Source of the DNA: Hyphomicrobiaceae bacterium | GTDB lineage: Bacteria; Pseudomonadota; Alphaproteobacteria; Rhizobiales; Hyphomicrobiaceae | Direction: 5' to 3' | Assembly (NCBI GenBank): GCA_043741375.1 | Contig: JAYUAJ010000437.1 | Coordinates: 1-42,248, forward strand | Length of the DNA stretch: 42,248 nt | Part shown: positions 19,101 through 26,688 of the stretch, piece after piece | Layout of the letters: every line of letters begins with the position of its first letter | Position numbering within the stretch: the stretch's first letter is position 1 | Made by a program: the position numbers and the translations under genes | Notes under the pieces: model-generated | Told to the model about the DNA's origin: nothing | Databases searched by the model: none | Seen by the model: the letters and a program-made list of their open reading frames with translations, nothing else

Positions 19101-19297
19101 TCCAGGTCGCCGAGGTTGGCTTGCACCAGCTCCAGCATGCCCGAGTAGGTCGAGATCCAGGACAGGGCTGCAAGGCCCGCGATCAGCGCGATCTTCTTAA
19201 AATCATGCGTGCGCTTCACTTCGGGCCGCTGACGCAACGAGCGGGCTGCGCTTGGGCGCACGCCGGCTAAACTGGCTTCGTGCTGCTGTGGCTGCAT
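16160..19297 (-). CDS. large conserved-hypothetical membrane protein (3 N-terminal TM helices, ~260-aa loop, 4th TM, ~630-aa coiled-coil/low-complexity C-terminal region)
   Basis: Track ORF 16160..19381; ATG 19297 (MQPQQHEAS..) preferred. Hydrophobic segments: KKIALIAGLAALSWISTY, VFKIAIGASVAMLMLMVVWLL, VRVLYITGYLFLTLISVGFSFGFYW, DYIPLAIALFVDLCLLLVSI. There are heptad-like stretches (EARIKKNEMKSSQIVFQSELMEIEHDAVKSAKRKEAELNTLMIE...) and a Gly/Asn/Ala/His-rich tail. No catalytic motif recognised. Confidence 0.75.
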   Translation of the reverse strand: MQPQQHEASLAGVRPSAARSLRQRPEVKRTHDFKKIALIAGLAALSWISTYSGMLELVQANLGDLDLVFKIAIGASVAMLMLMVVWLLDQLFNEVTVFPVRVLYITGYLFLTLISVGFSFGFYWKFLESRSEASRGAESAVTQVQGALHGAETRLDQMANVFTQLSLVSTKKAEDENAKGNSCPNSKPGDGPRRRLRDSDAASFSTASQFVEQRSAALKQDVANLEGDLQKIVHQDKSTFDVKTGTRNEFIKGLGRKLEMTVVGFNAFRTDPQLKQLRADFAERADKTVFPDEQGKTFACPDPQIQAALRSAVKAIDALPILEKPEITTVEGADATIEAFRRLNTTLLSLAQFKLPATPDQIRNQQVRAIQTGGVEAKQAPAGESGLSQRDYIPLAIALFVDLCLLLVSIPKPLTATERTRRRRAQSDGETYRTLDDMYAIHDDPDARAKMEPLRHIAFDYMGHDYVAIPLIAGREGAGGDHDGSARNLTEDDLLEAQFIQNFFSSQETGGPFRRASFPPVAAIRTRLKQLGSKWAGIKSFRLYRFKKGAWSDFVMDMVVGADHELSPVREKQLEARIKKNEMKSSQIVFQSELMEIEHDAVKSAKRKEAELNTLMIETNITGKQQEADLRRREISAQSELSSLDLEASITAKRAQIERTKRDISRTYGTDLDGAKPDNRIELRADGNAPRKSSGFWDKLMGSRDEHHAGPTSEPSFERKAAPERRSAPELKVSAAAAHDTKDASTVDVASLRQTVSELALVVRDLANQQTSQVAAATRAAVSPRASETNGHAGYANGADVANGHGYTNGYAQTDADNAAFDANTSVAGTAHLSQDNPSVILMPNLSNSRGWAQTDDHAYPAPTPWQQPNGAEASAPAYHANGNAALAYDHNYDQAPAPMTRRAPFRWAAESTMTGGVHQIDHAIEPSVHDAISVHGKSATAPELQQSWEAYQPAPHLPAGMSDPSEINAFLNTASNAPEEAPEQYAEHPDADWRHVVTQHRADERAPLRGEDDEPAFGHDRETLEIERIATRFGRGVKRRKVRE

Positions 19298-19607
19298 GAT
19301 TGACCGAAAGCTCCCTCGCACCCGACTGACCCGTTCGCGACGCATTGGCCAAAACCCCCGTTGGCTTGGCGCGGCTCGCATCGCGCCTCAACGTTCTTGC
19401 GGGTTCGACCTGAACGGCTCTTGAACACGGGGTCCATGGTGACCGCGAAGGCTCAGTTCTGCACAGCCCGTCGGTCCGATATGGTTATTCCCCATTTATT
19501 CCGGCGAATCTTGGGCTCGGCGGTGTCAGAACAGGGAAGTTACGTGGCGCAGGGACTATGCCGTGGGCGGAGGAATTGGCGAGAGTGCCGGATTGGGACG
19601 GCGTCTT

Positions 19608-19826
19608 TCCTCTCCCCCTTTTTTTAGGCGGAGAGGAGACCGCCCCTCGCAGGCGACCTTTGGGAGCCAAGAGCTGGGCGGTCGGTGAGGGGCAGCCGCT
19701 TTCTCTGTCCTCGTCGCAACAAGTCCGGACCAAGAGCCCGCCGCTCACCGACCGCGTGGCTCTTGCCGCCGAAGTGGGCGGCTGCGAGACGCTGTCTCCT
19801 CTCCCCCTAAAAAAGGGGGAGAGGGA
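19608..19826. repeat. ~219-bp composite palindromic REP/BIME-like element (two inverted ~56-60-nt units flanked by GGGGAGAGG-type hairpins)
   Basis: Left hairpin TCCTCTCCCCC-tttttttag-GgcGGAGAGGA (19608-19637). Forward unit at 19646-19701. A diverged inverted copy lies at 19731-19791 (revcomp begins cgtctcgcag.. and contains caagagccacgcg). Right hairpin TCCTCTCCCCC-taaaaaa-GGGGGAGAGG (19797-19826). Confidence 0.8.
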
Positions 19827-19852
19827 AGATCAGTGCTCAGCTCTTAATTCGG

Positions 19853-22294
19853 TTACTGCGTCTTCAGCGCAACCTTGCCTTTGGCGGCGGCGGGCGTGAT
19901 TTCGGCCAACTGCGGCGGTGTTTTCACTTCGCCCGATAGGTCCTGCAGCAGCAGCTCCAACAGTGGGGCGGCGATCTGGGCCGCGTGCAGCTTGTGGGCG
20001 AACGGTTTGCTCGAATCTCCCGTTCCCACCACCACCACGTAGGAATAGGCTTCGCCGTTGGCGAACTGGATGCCGCCGGCGGCCCAGGCGTCGACCGTGG
20101 CGTCGGGGTCCATGGTCACCTGCGTGCCGGTCTTGCCGAAATGCAGCGTCACGTTCGGTTTGCGGCCGGCGCACCAGTCGCCGAGGCTGGACAGCGTTCC
20201 GACGCGGGTGTTGCCAACGGTATTGCAAAGCGGCGCCGACAGCAGCGTCTTGATCAGTGGCACGGCGTCGGCCTTGATGAGATTGGCCGGCACGACGTCG
20301 CTGGCGTTCAGCTCCTTGGGCGGCGTATCGGCGGCCAGCAGCGATTTGTCGTAGCTCTTGACCAGCGTCGGCAAGCGCACGCGCTCGTTGCGGTGGCCGG
20401 TGAGCGCGGCCAACACGACGCCGGCCATCTGGTGCACTTTCTGCGGCGATCCGGTGATCAGGCCGCGGACGGCGGCCGTGGTCGGGGGCGTGGCGTCGTC
20501 AGGCCCGTGCGGCGGCATGTTGAAGCCAAAGCCGTCGATCAGTTTGCGGGTCGGATCCTGGCCGAGGTCGGCCATACGCCGCTCGATGGGATTGTTCAGC
20601 GAGCAGGCAAAGGCATAGCGCGCCGGAATGTGCCGGCTGGCCTCGCCCTTGACGCAACTGAGCGCCAATCCCGGCCCCGGCGCGGCGGTGTCCCAATAGG
20701 GCGTCTCGGCGGTATCCTGGCCCTGGTTGGCGATGGCGGTGGCGGCGATCATTTTGCCGATCGACGCGATGGCGCGCACTTCCTTGGTGCTGTCGTAGTG
20801 CCCGGTGGCGCTTGAACGCGCGATCGGCGAACCGAAGTAGGAGGCGATGTCCTTGAGCTCGAAGTAGCGCACCAGCTCGCCCTTGGCGTTGGCGGCGGCG
20901 ACGATCACATTCGGCATGTCGAGGTCGCCGCCTTGCGCCGCCGCTGCAGGATCGAGCGTATAGCCGCCAGTGATGGAATTGGCGAATTTGGTCTGCAGCT
21001 CGGCCAGCTTGGTTTTGATGCGCTCGCGCAGAAACATGTTGCGCGTAATGTCGAGCGTTACGGTCACGCCACGCACGAACTCGCGCCAGCCGTAACCGTA
21101 TTCGTTCTTCATCTCCTCGCGCAGGCCATAGCGGCCGTCCGGAATCAGCACGTTGGCGCGCAGCACCGGATTGGCCTGCGCCGCCTTGGCGCTGCCTGGC
21201 GCGAACTGTTCCAGCGCTCGCTGCAACTTCGGGCGCACCTGTGGATCGGGCGGTCCGTTGGCGATCTGCGTGAGCTCGAACCACACCTGCTTCTGAACGT
21301 CGGCGTCCTTGATCAGCTCGCTGGCGCATTTGCGCGCGCGCACGTCCACGATGTAGCGCCAGCGGTCCAGCCGCACGGCGTTCAAGCGTTCGCTGCCCTC
21401 AAGCAGGATGATCGGCTTGTTGACGGCGGAGGCGAGCACGAACTGCTCGGCGATGCTCAACTCCTTGGCGGTCTTGCCGAAAACAATCCGCGACGTCATC
21501 TCGACGCCGTGCAGAGGCGATCCGCCAGTGCGCTGGGCCAGCCACAAATGATTGGCCGTCCACTGCTTCAGGGGCTCTTTGTCGCCGTGCCGGGTCAGGG
21601 CCCAATAGATCACCGGCGCATCCCACCACTCGCCGAACTTGCGGCGCAGCTTCTCCAGCGATGTCTCGCGCACATCGGGCGGCGAATCGTAGATGACGCG
21701 CGCCAGCTGCATCGGCAAGGTCGACCCGCCGACGCCGAGTTTCGGCCCGTGGCTCTGGAGGCTACGATAGATCGAGGACGCCGGGATCTTCAGCACACCC
21801 ATCAGATCGATGCCGAACGGATTGAGCCAGGTGCCGAGATTGCGGTCCTCGTGGTAGACGAGACACTGCCAGTAACTGTTGGGAACATCCCGTACCGGGA
21901 TCGATTTGTGGTCCGGATTGGCCGTGTAGCCCGTATCGGCCAGCACGATTGGCTTGCCGGTGGTGTTGAGGTCGCGCTTGCTATCCAGAATGGGGTCGAA
22001 CGTGCCGACGAACGCGCCTTCGCGGTCATAGATGGCGGTGGCCAGCCAGCGCTGGCTGTCATAGGCGAGCTTTTCACCGAACCAGGTTTGCCCGGCAAAG
22101 CCACGGATCGGCGCGATGATGTAAACTAGCAGCAGCGCAAAAGCGACGTAGCCGATACCGCCCATGATCACGTAACGTACCCAGCCCAGATACGGGTTGA
22201 TCATAATGACATCGAGCGCCAAGCGCGCCAGGCGCTTTGGCAGCTGTACCAAGCCGTCGAACAGGAATGTCAGATACCGCAGCAGGATCAGCAT
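19853..22294 (-). CDS. divergent class A penicillin-binding protein (GT51 transglycosylase + transpeptidase-like domain)
   Basis: 813-aa ORF with an N-terminal TM. GT51 motifs: YHEDRNL (ED), GGSTLPMQLAR, RKFGEWW. Transpeptidase-type motifs: ASIGK (SxxK), SLNN (SxN), GKTGT (KTG). Confidence 0.8.
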   Translation of the reverse strand: MLILLRYLTFLFDGLVQLPKRLARLALDVIMINPYLGWVRYVIMGGIGYVAFALLLVYIIAPIRGFAGQTWFGEKLAYDSQRWLATAIYDREGAFVGTFDPILDSKRDLNTTGKPIVLADTGYTANPDHKSIPVRDVPNSYWQCLVYHEDRNLGTWLNPFGIDLMGVLKIPASSIYRSLQSHGPKLGVGGSTLPMQLARVIYDSPPDVRETSLEKLRRKFGEWWDAPVIYWALTRHGDKEPLKQWTANHLWLAQRTGGSPLHGVEMTSRIVFGKTAKELSIAEQFVLASAVNKPIILLEGSERLNAVRLDRWRYIVDVRARKCASELIKDADVQKQVWFELTQIANGPPDPQVRPKLQRALEQFAPGSAKAAQANPVLRANVLIPDGRYGLREEMKNEYGYGWREFVRGVTVTLDITRNMFLRERIKTKLAELQTKFANSITGGYTLDPAAAAQGGDLDMPNVIVAAANAKGELVRYFELKDIASYFGSPIARSSATGHYDSTKEVRAIASIGKMIAATAIANQGQDTAETPYWDTAAPGPGLALSCVKGEASRHIPARYAFACSLNNPIERRMADLGQDPTRKLIDGFGFNMPPHGPDDATPPTTAAVRGLITGSPQKVHQMAGVVLAALTGHRNERVRLPTLVKSYDKSLLAADTPPKELNASDVVPANLIKADAVPLIKTLLSAPLCNTVGNTRVGTLSSLGDWCAGRKPNVTLHFGKTGTQVTMDPDATVDAWAAGGIQFANGEAYSYVVVVGTGDSSKPFAHKLHAAQIAAPLLELLLQDLSGEVKTPPQLAEITPAAAKGKVALKTQ

Positions 22295-22295
22295 G

Positions 22296-22333
22296 TTCAG
22301 TCAACGCCCATGACTTCAGTCAACGCCCACGAC
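22296..22333. repeat. tandem direct repeat, 2 x 19 bp, abutting the PBP start codon
   Basis: TTCAGTCAACGCCCATGAC (22296-22314) is followed by TTCAGTCAACGCCCACGAC (22315-22333), with 1 mismatch. It lies in the divergent PBP / ParA-like intergenic region. Confidence 0.9.
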
Positions 22334-22556
22334 CAACTCGCGCCGGTGATGCGGCCACGATGCATGAGGCGTGCTAGTGCTGCTTTGTGGCAATTTGTGA
22401 GGCTATTCCCGGAAATCGATTGCGCTCATGACGAGCATGGAACGGCTGCGGCGTCTCTGATATCCCAAGCTGTTGCCCAACAATGGCCGATAAGTTCGGA
22501 TTTGAGATTACGGCAACAGGTGATCAGCTTACCGAATGTGGGGTCGTTGTCGTCGG

Positions 22557-23804
22557 ATGGGCCATTCCATAGCCGTGATGAATACCAAGGGCGGCGTCGG
22601 TAAGTCGACGCTGGTGATGGCGGTTGCCGAGACGCTGTCGGCGCTGCACGGCAAGAATGTGCTGGTGATCGATTCGGACAGCCAGACCAGCATGAGCAGC
22701 ATGCTGATGCACATGGAAAGCTGGGAGCAGATGGAGCGGCAGAACCGCACGCTCGCAGATTTCATGATCATACAGACGCTCGGCAATGCCGATGCGCAGT
22801 GGACGGATTTTGTCGCGCGCGGCGTCTCCGACGTCGAAGAAGCGCGCAGCGTATTCCTGATCCCGAGCCACATGGAGCTGTCGCTGTTCGAGCGCGAAGT
22901 GTCGGCGCAGCGGCGCGAGATGGAGTTGCGCCAGGTCGTCCGCAAGTTGCTGGACGAGACCATGCGCATGTTCGACGTCGTGCTGATCGATTGTCCGCCC
23001 GGCCTGTCGTTGCTCACGGAATGCTGGCTGCGCGAGGTCGAGTATTTCATGCCGCCGATCAAGCCGGACTATCTGGCGGTGCGCGGCCTCGGCATCCTGA
23101 AGAAATTCCGCGAGGATTTCTCGGCCGAGGGCTTTGCCGATCTGCTCGGTATTGTCATCAATATGAAGGACGGGCGGATCGCCTCGGAGGACGAGTGGCA
23201 CAATAAACTTGCCGCCGATCCCGCCAACCGGCTGTTCCAGACGCACATCCCGCGCCGCGCCTATATCCAGCGCGCGGCCGACTTCGACCTGGGCAAGCGC
23301 ACCTATATCGCCAAGTATCCAGGCGATGCCGGCACCAGCATACGGGCGCTGACCAAGGAAATCTTGCAACGGCTGGACGCTGCTGATGCGGCCAGGACAG
23401 CAGCAATGGCGCCGCGCAAGCCAGACTCCGAACCGGTCCGGGTGGCGCCTGGCGGGCCACCTCGCGCCCCGGCAGCAGCCCGTGCGCCGGTTGCCGCTCC
23501 TGTTGTTGCGCCAGCTCCGGCTCCACTCGTGCACCGCCCGGCGGTCGCGACCCTCGATACCGCTCCGCGCGCCGTAGAGCCCCAGGGCAAGATTCTGCTG
23601 GGGCAGGTGACCGAAGCGACTACGCCGGCGCTCAAGACCGCAGACGTGTCGGCCCCGGTGCCGAACTCTGTCGCGGCAGCCCCGAGCAGTTCGCCACACC
23701 TGCGTGTCGCAACCCCGGTGCGACCGTCGATGCCGTCGATTGTGCCAAGGCCAGCCTTGGAGCACGGCTTGACGCTGGTGGACGAGGGCGAGGCCGGCGA
23801 GTAG
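22557..23804 (+). CDS. orphan ParA/MinD-family P-loop ATPase with ~150-aa Pro/Ala-rich C-terminal extension
   Basis: MGHSIAVMNTKGGVGKSTLV (deviant Walker A KGGxGKS), VIDSDSQ, VVLIDCPPG (Walker B). From about nt 23380 the sequence turns Pro/Ala-rich (APGGPPRAPAAARAPVAAPVVAPAPAP...). No parB or parS is evident nearby. Confidence 0.8.
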   Translation: MGHSIAVMNTKGGVGKSTLVMAVAETLSALHGKNVLVIDSDSQTSMSSMLMHMESWEQMERQNRTLADFMIIQTLGNADAQWTDFVARGVSDVEEARSVFLIPSHMELSLFEREVSAQRREMELRQVVRKLLDETMRMFDVVLIDCPPGLSLLTECWLREVEYFMPPIKPDYLAVRGLGILKKFREDFSAEGFADLLGIVINMKDGRIASEDEWHNKLAADPANRLFQTHIPRRAYIQRAADFDLGKRTYIAKYPGDAGTSIRALTKEILQRLDAADAARTAAMAPRKPDSEPVRVAPGGPPRAPAAARAPVAAPVVAPAPAPLVHRPAVATLDTAPRAVEPQGKILLGQVTEATTPALKTADVSAPVPNSVAAAPSSSPHLRVATPVRPSMPSIVPRPALEHGLTLVDEGEAGE

Positions 23805-23982
23805 CTCGCACAAGCGCAAAGTTTGGGTGAGCCCCCCTGAACCGCACCGGCCGAATCCCCTCCCCACTTGCGGGGGGACGGAGTCGCAACTCGCCAGGAC
23901 TGGCGGCCCTTTGACCAACTTAGCCTTTGTGACGAACTGCCCGGGCTTGACCCGCCGCCGGTCCATGGCCTAGTTGCCGCCT

Positions 23983-25503
23983 ATGAGCACCAACGCCAAT
24001 CTCGCCGCCCTCGTCGCCAGCGCTTTGGCGCGGGACCAGCATATCCCGCTGTTTCGGCTGCAAGACGGAGCGACCGTTTCGCGCGGCGACTTGCTCGCCC
24101 GCTCCAACGCGATTGCCGGAGCGCTCCGGTATGCGGGCGTGGCGCCGGGCGACCGGGTGATGGTGCAGGCGGAAAAGTCGGTCGCCGCTGTCGCGCTCTA
24201 TCTAGCCACTCTGCAGCTGGGGGCGATCTACAATCCGCTGAACACGGCTTATACGCCGGCCGAAGTCACCTATTTCCTCAACGATGCCGAACCCAAAGCC
24301 GTCGTGGCCGCTGGCGACCGCCTCGCCGGGATCGCCGATCTCACCCGATCGAGCGGGGCGACCGGTCTCTTCTCTCTGGATGCTGATGGTTCGGGCTCGT
24401 TGTTGCAGGCGGCCGCTGCGGCGAGGCCCGTGGATGAGTGCGTTGCGCGGTCTGCGGATGATCTCGCGGCCCTCGCCTATACCTCCGGCACCACCGGCCG
24501 CTCCAAGGGGGCCATGCTCTCGCACGGCAATCTCTCTTCCAACGCGTTGACCCTGATCGATCTCTGGCAATTGCTGCCGGGCGAGCGTCTCATCCACGCG
24601 CTGCCGATCTATCATGTGCACGGATTGTTCGTGGCGCTGAACACCGCCTTGCTCGGCGGCATGACCATGCTCTGGATGGAGAAGTTCGAAGCCTCCCGCG
24701 TGCTGGCCGCGCTATCTCAGGCGGATGTCATGATGGGAGTGCCGACGTTCTACACGCGGCTGCTCAGCGAGCCATCGCTCGATAGCGAAAGGTGCCGCGA
24801 CATGCGCCTGTTCGTCTCCGGCTCGGCGCCGCTGCTCCCGGAAACGCATAAGGACTTCAAGGCCCGCACCGGCCACGCCATTCTGGAACGCTACGGCATG
24901 ACCGAGACCGGCATGATCGCCTCTAACCCCTACAGTGGCGAGCGAATCGCGGGCACAGTCGGCTATCCGCTGACGGATGTTTCGGTGCGCGTCGCCGATA
25001 CTGCGGGAGCGGCGCTTGCGCACGGGGAGATTGGCGTGGTGGAAGTGCGCGGGCCAAACGTGTTCTCTGGGTACTGGCGCATGCCCGAGAAGACCGCCGA
25101 AGAGGTCCGTGACGGCGGCTGGTTCATCACCGGCGACCAGGGCGTGCTGGCGGACGACGGGCGGCTGTCACTGGTCGGGCGCGCCAAGGATCTGATCATC
25201 ACGGGGGGGCTGAATGTCTATCCGATCGAGGTCGAACAGGCGCTGAACGCGCTGCCAGGCATCGGCGAATCGGCCGTGATCGGTGTGCCGCATCCCGATT
25301 TCGGCGAGGCGGTCGTGGCCATCGTCACAGCATCGGGATCGGCGTCATTGATCGAAGCTTCGACTATTGCAACGCTCACGGAAACTCTGGCCAAGTTCAA
25401 ATGCCCAAAGCGCGTGATTGTGGTTGCCGAGTTGCCACGCAACGCCATGGGCAAAGTGACCAAGGCGGAGCTTCGCGCTGCGCTTAAGGGGCTGTTCACC
25501 TAA
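23983..25503 (+). CDS. matB: malonyl-CoA synthetase (AMP-forming acyl-CoA ligase, MatB-like)
   Basis: Matches my memory of rhizobial MatB along the full length: VQAEKS..LYLA..G..Y.PLNTAYT..E..YF..DAEP, SADDLAA.AYTSGTTGRSKGAMLSHGNL.SNALTL, IHALPI.H.HGLF, MGVPTFYTRLL, GHAILERYGMTET, GPNVFSGYWRMPEKTA, PRNAMGKV. The track ORF begins at an upstream TTG (23974). Confidence 0.8.
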   Translation: MSTNANLAALVASALARDQHIPLFRLQDGATVSRGDLLARSNAIAGALRYAGVAPGDRVMVQAEKSVAAVALYLATLQLGAIYNPLNTAYTPAEVTYFLNDAEPKAVVAAGDRLAGIADLTRSSGATGLFSLDADGSGSLLQAAAAARPVDECVARSADDLAALAYTSGTTGRSKGAMLSHGNLSSNALTLIDLWQLLPGERLIHALPIYHVHGLFVALNTALLGGMTMLWMEKFEASRVLAALSQADVMMGVPTFYTRLLSEPSLDSERCRDMRLFVSGSAPLLPETHKDFKARTGHAILERYGMTETGMIASNPYSGERIAGTVGYPLTDVSVRVADTAGAALAHGEIGVVEVRGPNVFSGYWRMPEKTAEEVRDGGWFITGDQGVLADDGRLSLVGRAKDLIITGGLNVYPIEVEQALNALPGIGESAVIGVPHPDFGEAVVAIVTASGSASLIEASTIATLTETLAKFKCPKRVIVVAELPRNAMGKVTKAELRAALKGLFT

Positions 25504-25512
25504 CCTTTCCAG

Positions 25513-25547
25513 CTTGACGTCCGTCCCGGTCCGTGCAATTTTTTGCA
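25513..25547 (+). promoter_or_regulatory. candidate promoter (CTTGAC-N17-CAATTT) overlapping the palindrome TGCAAttttTTGCA, upstream of the SorC regulator
   Basis: CTTGAC at 25513-25518, CAATTT at 25536-25541, and inverted repeat TGCAA/TTGCA at 25534-25547. Pattern match only. Confidence 0.3.
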
Positions 25548-25629
25548 ACGAACGAAAAAACATGCACACCGACGCTACCCCTGTCTCAGGTCTTGGGGCG
25601 TGATCGAGCGGCACCCGGGAAGGGAACAC

Positions 25630-26652
25630 TTGGTGGAAGACGAGGCCAGCCTCGCCACACGCGCTGCGTGGTTGCATTATGCGGCCGGCCTTACGCAGGC
25701 TGAGGTGGCCGCGCGCCTCAATATCCAAAGCACCAAGGCGCACCGCCTGATCGCGCGCGCCAACCGCGATGGGCTGATCCGCGTGTTCGTCGATGGCGAT
25801 ATCGCGGGATGCGTCGCGCTGGAGCAGGCGCTGTCCGAGCGCTATGGCTTGGAATTCTGCGAGGTTGCCCCCGATCTTGGCGACGAGCCGCTGCCACTGA
25901 AAACCTTGGGGCTGATCGGTGCGCGCTATCTGCGCTCGGTGCTGGACCGGGGCGAGCATCATATCGTCGGGGTTGGCCATGGCCGCACGCTGGCCGCCGC
26001 CGTCGAGCATCTGCCGCGCATGCCGGCCAATGGCGTGCAGTTCGTATCGCTACTGGGCGGGGTTACCCGCAAATTCGCCGCCAATCCTTTCGATGTGATC
26101 CATCGCATCGCCGAGCGAACCGGGGCAGAGTCGTATGTCATGCCGGTGCCGCTGCTGGTGAATTCGGTCGAGGACAAGGCCGTGCTGATGGCGCAGTCGG
26201 GCATGCGGGAGGTCCACGCCCTATCGCACGAGGCCAGCCTGTTGCTGCTCGGCATCGGCACCATCGATCGCAACGCCTCCTTGGTGTCGTCGGGCATGAT
26301 TGAACTCAGCGAAATCGACAAGGTACGGGCCGCCGGCGCGGTCGGCGAGGCGCTGGGCGTGTTTTTCGACGCTCACGGCCAGCCGATCCAATCCGACATC
26401 ACAGCGCGCACGCTGTCGTTCGATTTCACCGATGGCAAGAAGCGCAAGACCATCGCCATCGCGGGCGGCCACGGCAAGGCGGCTGCCATGGACGCGGTGC
26501 TCAAGAGCGGTTTCATCACAGGCCTGATCACCGATGAGCGCACCGCGCTTGATCTGACGCGCATGGCGCGGCGGCCCAAGGGCCAAATAGCGTCAAAAGC
26601 CACATCAAGAGCCGCAAAAAGCGGCCGCAGACTGAGCAAGGTTCCCCTTTGA
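25630..26652 (+). CDS. SorC/DeoR-type sugar-binding transcriptional regulator (EryD-like class)
   Basis: N-terminal HTH LATRAAWLHYAAGLTQAEVAARLNIQSTKAHRLIARANRDGLIRVFV, then a sugar-phosphate-binding domain (GVGHGRTL.., LLGIGT.., IAIAGG). Start set at TTG 25630 / GTG 25633, preceded by GGAAGGGA. The track start at 25543 adds an unlikely extension. Confidence 0.75.
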   Translation: MVEDEASLATRAAWLHYAAGLTQAEVAARLNIQSTKAHRLIARANRDGLIRVFVDGDIAGCVALEQALSERYGLEFCEVAPDLGDEPLPLKTLGLIGARYLRSVLDRGEHHIVGVGHGRTLAAAVEHLPRMPANGVQFVSLLGGVTRKFAANPFDVIHRIAERTGAESYVMPVPLLVNSVEDKAVLMAQSGMREVHALSHEASLLLLGIGTIDRNASLVSSGMIELSEIDKVRAAGAVGEALGVFFDAHGQPIQSDITARTLSFDFTDGKKRKTIAIAGGHGKAAAMDAVLKSGFITGLITDERTALDLTRMARRPKGQIASKATSRAAKSGRRLSKVPL

Positions 26653-26688
26653 CCCCCAAGACGTGACGTCAAGAAAGGAAGGAAGCGC

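Noticed and set aside
16145-19270. Plus-strand ORFs 16145..17065, 17501..18478 and 18596..19270
   Set aside because: All lie antisense to the single uninterrupted 3.1-kb minus-strand ORF. Their translations are Gly/Arg/Val-rich with no TM or domain logic.
19985-22129. Plus-strand ORFs 19985..20815 and 20933..22129, and minus-strand ORF 20499..21329
   Set aside because: These are shadow or off-frame ORFs of the PBP gene, which carries GT51 and SxxK/SxN/KTG motifs in the 19853..22294 frame.
22524-23966. 480-aa minus-strand ORF
   Set aside because: It is fully antisense to the motif-supported ParA-like CDS. Its translation is Arg/Gly/His-rich with no motifs. This is a typical shadow ORF of a high-GC gene.
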